This document shows positions 59,924 to 64,000 of a DNA stretch of 64,000 nt, one piece after another. How positions within the stretch are numbered: position 1 is the first letter of the stretch; each line of letters opens with the position of its first letter. Under the pieces are notes generated by a model. The model worked only from the letters and a program-made list of their open reading frames with translations. It was not told the origin of the DNA and searched no databases. The translations under genes were made by a program, and so were the position numbers. The DNA is from an uncultured Poribacteria bacterium (GTDB lineage Bacteria > Poribacteria > WGA-4E > WGA-3G): contig OX638351.1 in NCBI GenBank assembly GCA_951813565.1, forward strand, positions 4,717,506 to 4,781,505, read 5' to 3'.

Positions 59924-61540
59924 ATGCCTACACTTGAATTCAACGGAAAACACCATATTTATACCTACCACCTCACTGTTCCCTACCGCCCACTTGAAAA
60001 AGACGAAAGCCGCTCCTGCAACGCGACCAGTGAAAACGATAACCTAATTATTCACGGTGACAACCTGCATGCCTTAAAAGCATTGTTGCCTCGCTATGTG
60101 AACCGAATCAAGTGTATTTATATTGATCCACCCTACAACACGGGCAACGAAGGATGGGTTTACAACGACAACGTAAACAGTCCGTTGATGCAGGAATGGC
60201 TAAAAGAAAATGGACCAGTTGATGAAGAAGACCTTGAGAAACATGAAAAGTGGCTCTGTATGATGTGGCCAAGGTTGCACCTGCTCAAAGAACTCCTTGC
60301 CGAAGATGGCGTAATTTTTATTTCTATTGATGATAACGAACAACACCGCTTGCGGATGTTGATGGATGATATTTTCGGAGGACAAAACTTCGTCACAAAC
60401 ATAATTTGGCAGAAAAAATTTAGTCCGCAAAATGACGCAAAATATTTTTCGGATAATCACGATTTTGTGGTATGTTACGCAAAGAATAAAGAGACATGGA
60501 GGCCGGTTTTACTGCCGCGAACCGAAAAACATAACAAGCGATATTCTAATCCCGACAATGATCCCCGAGGACCTTGGAGTTCAAGCGGATTAGATGTTAA
60601 AACCTATCAAGAAGAATACGACTACCCAATCACTACTCCATCAGGACGAATTGTTAATCCTCCGACAAGTAGATGTTGGAGGTGTAGTAAAGAGAAATTT
60701 GATGAACTAATTAATGACAATCGGATATGGTTTGGTGAAGAAGGCAATAATGTTCCTCGCGTAAAGCGGTTTCTATCAGAAGTTAAGCAAGGTATCACAC
60801 CTCTAACTGTATGGCTACATGAAGATGTTGGACATACTCAGAGTGCAACGCAGGGACTTAACAAGATCGGTGTTGCATTTTCAAACCCTAAACCGCATAC
60901 ACTGATAAAACGCATCTTACAAATCGGTACTGATCCCGATTCTATTATCCTTGACTCTTTTGCAGGCAGCGGTACTACCGCCCACGCTGTACTTGCCTTA
61001 AATAAGGAAGATGGTGGCAACCGCAAATTTATCCTCATTGAGTGTGAAGATTATGCCGACACTACCACTGCAGAACGGATTCGGCGCGTTATTAAGGGTG
61101 TTCCCGATGCAAGTGATGATGGACTGCGTGAAGGTTTAGGAGGATCTTTTACCTACTGTACCTTGGGTGAATCGCTTGAAATTGAGGCGATGCTTACCGG
61201 AAAGAAGTTACCAACATACACAACACTTGCTACTAATCTGTTGTTTACTTCTGCAGGTATTTCTATTGAGGATAATACGTTGGATCAGAAAAATGATGAC
61301 GGACTTTTTTACAGTGATGACAAAAACGATTACTATCTGATTTACAAACAAGACTTTGATTATTTACGTAGCAACGAAGCAATCCTAAATCTGGAGCATG
61401 CCAAACGTATCCAAGATTCCAGTACCGAAAACGGCAAAAAAGCGATTGTCTACGCGGCAGGAAATTATATCGGACAGCGCGAACTTACAAAGATGGGAAT
61501 TGCATTTTGCCAACTACCATATTGCATACATGAAAGATAA
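59924..61540 (+). CDS. mod: Type III restriction-modification methyltransferase (Mod, N6-adenine)
   Basis: GDNL.ALK, IYIDPPYNTG, FISIDDNE, PKP, DSFAGSGTTAHAV. Confidence 0.92.
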   Translation: MPTLEFNGKHHIYTYHLTVPYRPLEKDESRSCNATSENDNLIIHGDNLHALKALLPRYVNRIKCIYIDPPYNTGNEGWVYNDNVNSPLMQEWLKENGPVDEEDLEKHEKWLCMMWPRLHLLKELLAEDGVIFISIDDNEQHRLRMLMDDIFGGQNFVTNIIWQKKFSPQNDAKYFSDNHDFVVCYAKNKETWRPVLLPRTEKHNKRYSNPDNDPRGPWSSSGLDVKTYQEEYDYPITTPSGRIVNPPTSRCWRCSKEKFDELINDNRIWFGEEGNNVPRVKRFLSEVKQGITPLTVWLHEDVGHTQSATQGLNKIGVAFSNPKPHTLIKRILQIGTDPDSIILDSFAGSGTTAHAVLALNKEDGGNRKFILIECEDYADTTTAERIRRVIKGVPDASDDGLREGLGGSFTYCTLGESLEIEAMLTGKKLPTYTTLATNLLFTSAGISIEDNTLDQKNDDGLFYSDDKNDYYLIYKQDFDYLRSNEAILNLEHAKRIQDSSTENGKKAIVYAAGNYIGQRELTKMGIAFCQLPYCIHER

Positions 61541-61549
61541 GGGGGAAAG

Positions 61550-64000
61550 ATGCTGGAATTAAAAACATATCAGCGCGATACACTCGACGCATTTAGCAAC
61601 TGGTTAGAGGTGCTTAATGAGGAGCGGCAAGCTTCAAAAACTACAATTGAACATTTGGAACAAGCGGGGAGTAGTATTAGTGACGATGTTCTCAATGAAA
61701 TAGGTAATTATCCCAAAACTGCGTGGCGGAAATTGAAAGAAAACGATGGCGTTGCAGCAACTGCAGGTGAATACGTTGATCGTAAGGATGGCGCAAACCG
61801 ACCAATTCCGCACATCTGTTTTAAAGTGCCGACAGGTGGCGGTAAAACGTTGCTTGCTGCATCTGCATTAGAACAACTGCATCGGCAGCGAGGACTGACA
61901 TTATGGGTTGTGCCAACAAAGGCTATCTTTGATCAAACAAAAGCTGCATTGTGGAACAAAGAACACCCCTATCGTAAAGTTTTGGAACGTGCAAGTGCTG
62001 GGCGCGTCAAGATGCTGGAAAGAGAACATCCATTTAACAGAGATGACATTACTAATTACCTTTGTGTCATGCTACTCATGTTGCCAGCAGCGAATAAATC
62101 GCCTGATAAAAAACTGAAAGACAAAGCGTACTACCGCATGTATAGAAATTCGGGGCGTTACGCGAGTTTTTTCCCTGACCATGACGACAAAGAAGGCAAT
62201 GCACTTATGCGAAAGAAATACTGCGATCTTGATTATAACGCTGAAAATGACTTTCCTATGCAAAGTCTCTTTAACGTAATCAAGTTACTGCGTCCTGTAG
62301 TTGTTCTTGACGAGGCACATAAGGCTTATGGCACTAAAAATGGACAGGAATTTGCAAGTTCTATTAACCGCCTTGACCCGCAAATGGTTATTGAACTCTC
62401 TGCTACACCGAACAGCGGCATTAGCAATTTGCTTGTTGATATTGCAGGCCCCGATCTCAAAAAAGAGGAAATGATTAAGTCGCCTGTACAAGTATCCTCA
62501 TTTTCAGGTATGACGTGGCAAAATACGTTGAGCGAGGCTTCCAAGGAACTTGAAAGGCTTGATGAGGAGGCAAGTTTGCTTGAAAGCAGTACGGATCGAT
62601 ATATCCGTCCGATCGCTGTTGTGCGCGTTGAGGTAACGGGTGCGAATCTGCAAGATGGCAAGCGAATCCATGCCGAAGATGTTCGAGATTACCTTACACA
62701 AAACTTAAATGTGCAACCAGAGGCTGTCCGCGTTAAATCTGCTTATAATGATCAACTCCGTGGGGAAAACTTACTATCCAAGGAATCACAGGTAAAATGG
62801 ATAATTACAAAATCTGCTTTGATGGAAGGATGGGACTGTTCGTTTGCATATCTGTTAGTGATGTTAGACAATACACGGTCGCAAAATGCAATTACGCAAC
62901 TCATAGGAAGAGTAATGCGGCAACCACATGCGCAACTTACGGGTAGAGAATCACTTGATCAATGTTATGTTTTTTGCAATGAGACCGATGTTGATGACGC
63001 TGTCAAGCAAGTTAAGAGAGGGTTAGAATCACAAGGACTTACTGGCATGGAAGATAAAATATTTGCTAAGGGTAATACCCAGGATCAAGCAGATTTCAAA
63101 ATAGAAAAGATACGCCGTCGCGAGCAATTTCGTGGGCAAGAGATTTATTTGCCAGTGGTACGCCATAAGGACGGTGACGAATGGATTCAACTCAATTATC
63201 AGGCACATATTTTGCCACATATAGATTGGCTTAGTATTAAACCACCCGATCTGAATGCGTCATCACCCGACGGACCAAGATTGCGAACAGCAACAGTTCC
63301 TATTGACGATGTGCCGCCTGTTTTCCATGAAGATCAAGAGCCTTATGTTGAAAAACAGGTTAGTGTTGCCGATTTTGCTCTCAGTTTGATTGACATTGTA
63401 TCAAATCCATGGCAAGCTGGTCGCATTGCAGAAGAATTGGTAGAAGGTCTAAAAAGAAGTGGAGATACTGATGAAAAAATCTACGACAGACGTTCATATC
63501 TCATTCCTATGTTACATGAACACGTGGCAAATGAATTAGAAAATCAAGCTGAGCAAATTTTCCAAAAAAAGTTGGATACTGGCGAAATTCAATTTGACTT
63601 AGCGGTAGGTGAACCGAATTATAAACTGCGTCAAAATTACAAAATTGAGGTACACGCCAATCAGAATTTACTTACAAAATATGGTAAACCTGTTCAACTC
63701 AGTCTGTTTGAACCTATGTATGAATATCCTTCAGATAACGAATTAGAAAAGAAATTTGCACATTTTCTTGATGGTGAGAAAGCACTGCAATGGTGGCATC
63801 GGGTAATAGCACGTCAACAAGGTGAATATTACGTGCAAGGTTGGAAAGATAGACGCATTTACCCAGACTTCGTTGCGATGGCGAAGGAAGTTGATGACAT
63901 GACGCGTGTTCTGATTTTTGAGACAAAAGGAACACATTTGGAAGGTAACCGTGACACAGAGTACAAGGAAAAGGTATTGAAAGTCCTTGAAGAAGTGTTT
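61550..64000 (+). CDS. res: Type III restriction endonuclease (Res) subunit, partial (runs off window)
   Basis: Manually read from ATG 61550: MLELKTYQ..KVPTGGGKT..VVVLDEAH..ELSATP..EGWD..QLIGRVMRQP..YPDFV..FETKG (SF2 helicase + PD-(D/E)xK). Confidence 0.9.
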   Translation, partial: MLELKTYQRDTLDAFSNWLEVLNEERQASKTTIEHLEQAGSSISDDVLNEIGNYPKTAWRKLKENDGVAATAGEYVDRKDGANRPIPHICFKVPTGGGKTLLAASALEQLHRQRGLTLWVVPTKAIFDQTKAALWNKEHPYRKVLERASAGRVKMLEREHPFNRDDITNYLCVMLLMLPAANKSPDKKLKDKAYYRMYRNSGRYASFFPDHDDKEGNALMRKKYCDLDYNAENDFPMQSLFNVIKLLRPVVVLDEAHKAYGTKNGQEFASSINRLDPQMVIELSATPNSGISNLLVDIAGPDLKKEEMIKSPVQVSSFSGMTWQNTLSEASKELERLDEEASLLESSTDRYIRPIAVVRVEVTGANLQDGKRIHAEDVRDYLTQNLNVQPEAVRVKSAYNDQLRGENLLSKESQVKWIITKSALMEGWDCSFAYLLVMLDNTRSQNAITQLIGRVMRQPHAQLTGRESLDQCYVFCNETDVDDAVKQVKRGLESQGLTGMEDKIFAKGNTQDQADFKIEKIRRREQFRGQEIYLPVVRHKDGDEWIQLNYQAHILPHIDWLSIKPPDLNASSPDGPRLRTATVPIDDVPPVFHEDQEPYVEKQVSVADFALSLIDIVSNPWQAGRIAEELVEGLKRSGDTDEKIYDRRSYLIPMLHEHVANELENQAEQIFQKKLDTGEIQFDLAVGEPNYKLRQNYKIEVHANQNLLTKYGKPVQLSLFEPMYEYPSDNELEKKFAHFLDGEKALQWWHRVIARQQGEYYVQGWKDRRIYPDFVAMAKEVDDMTRVLIFETKGTHLEGNRDTEYKEKVLKVLEEVF

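Overview
Bacterial chromosomal segment of roughly 40% GC (by eye). It is most likely Candidatus Poribacteria, inferred from a secreted WD40 protein, PhyH dioxygenase, sulfatase, CRTAC1/ASPIC protein and LamG/DUF1080 proteins ending in a 'V[DE]xxxKLxxTWGx[LI]K' tail. Housekeeping and metabolic genes include yvcK-like, glmM-like, nadK, recN, fused IOR, aroE, zapA, udk, polA, a ubiD-family gene and hydantoinase A. It also carries a sigma54-preceded triple Hsp20 cluster, a type III R-M mod/res pair at the right edge, a solo tyrosine recombinase, two IS elements (IS1595 with a nonsense codon; IS5 with an A7G frameshift) and many nested MITE/REP-like intergenic repeats. The best candidate for an undescribed system is a leader found twice (30464-30587 and 50811-50947, minus strand, with a 3' remnant at ~27698-27795). 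It consists of a variable poly-C tract (C8 vs C19) inside a leader ORF, followed by two hairpins with conserved pairing and a U-tract. It lies upstream of secreted-protein cassettes, including a repeated 'small secreted protein + anchored partner' module. Other notable signals are four Fur-box-like palindromes at an exact 32-bp period, a 36-bp palindrome upstream of the recombinase, a Thr-type sulfatase and a Walker-A-degenerate AAA protein. No CRISPR array, tRNA or rRNA was seen. All calls were made by eye; no database search was run.
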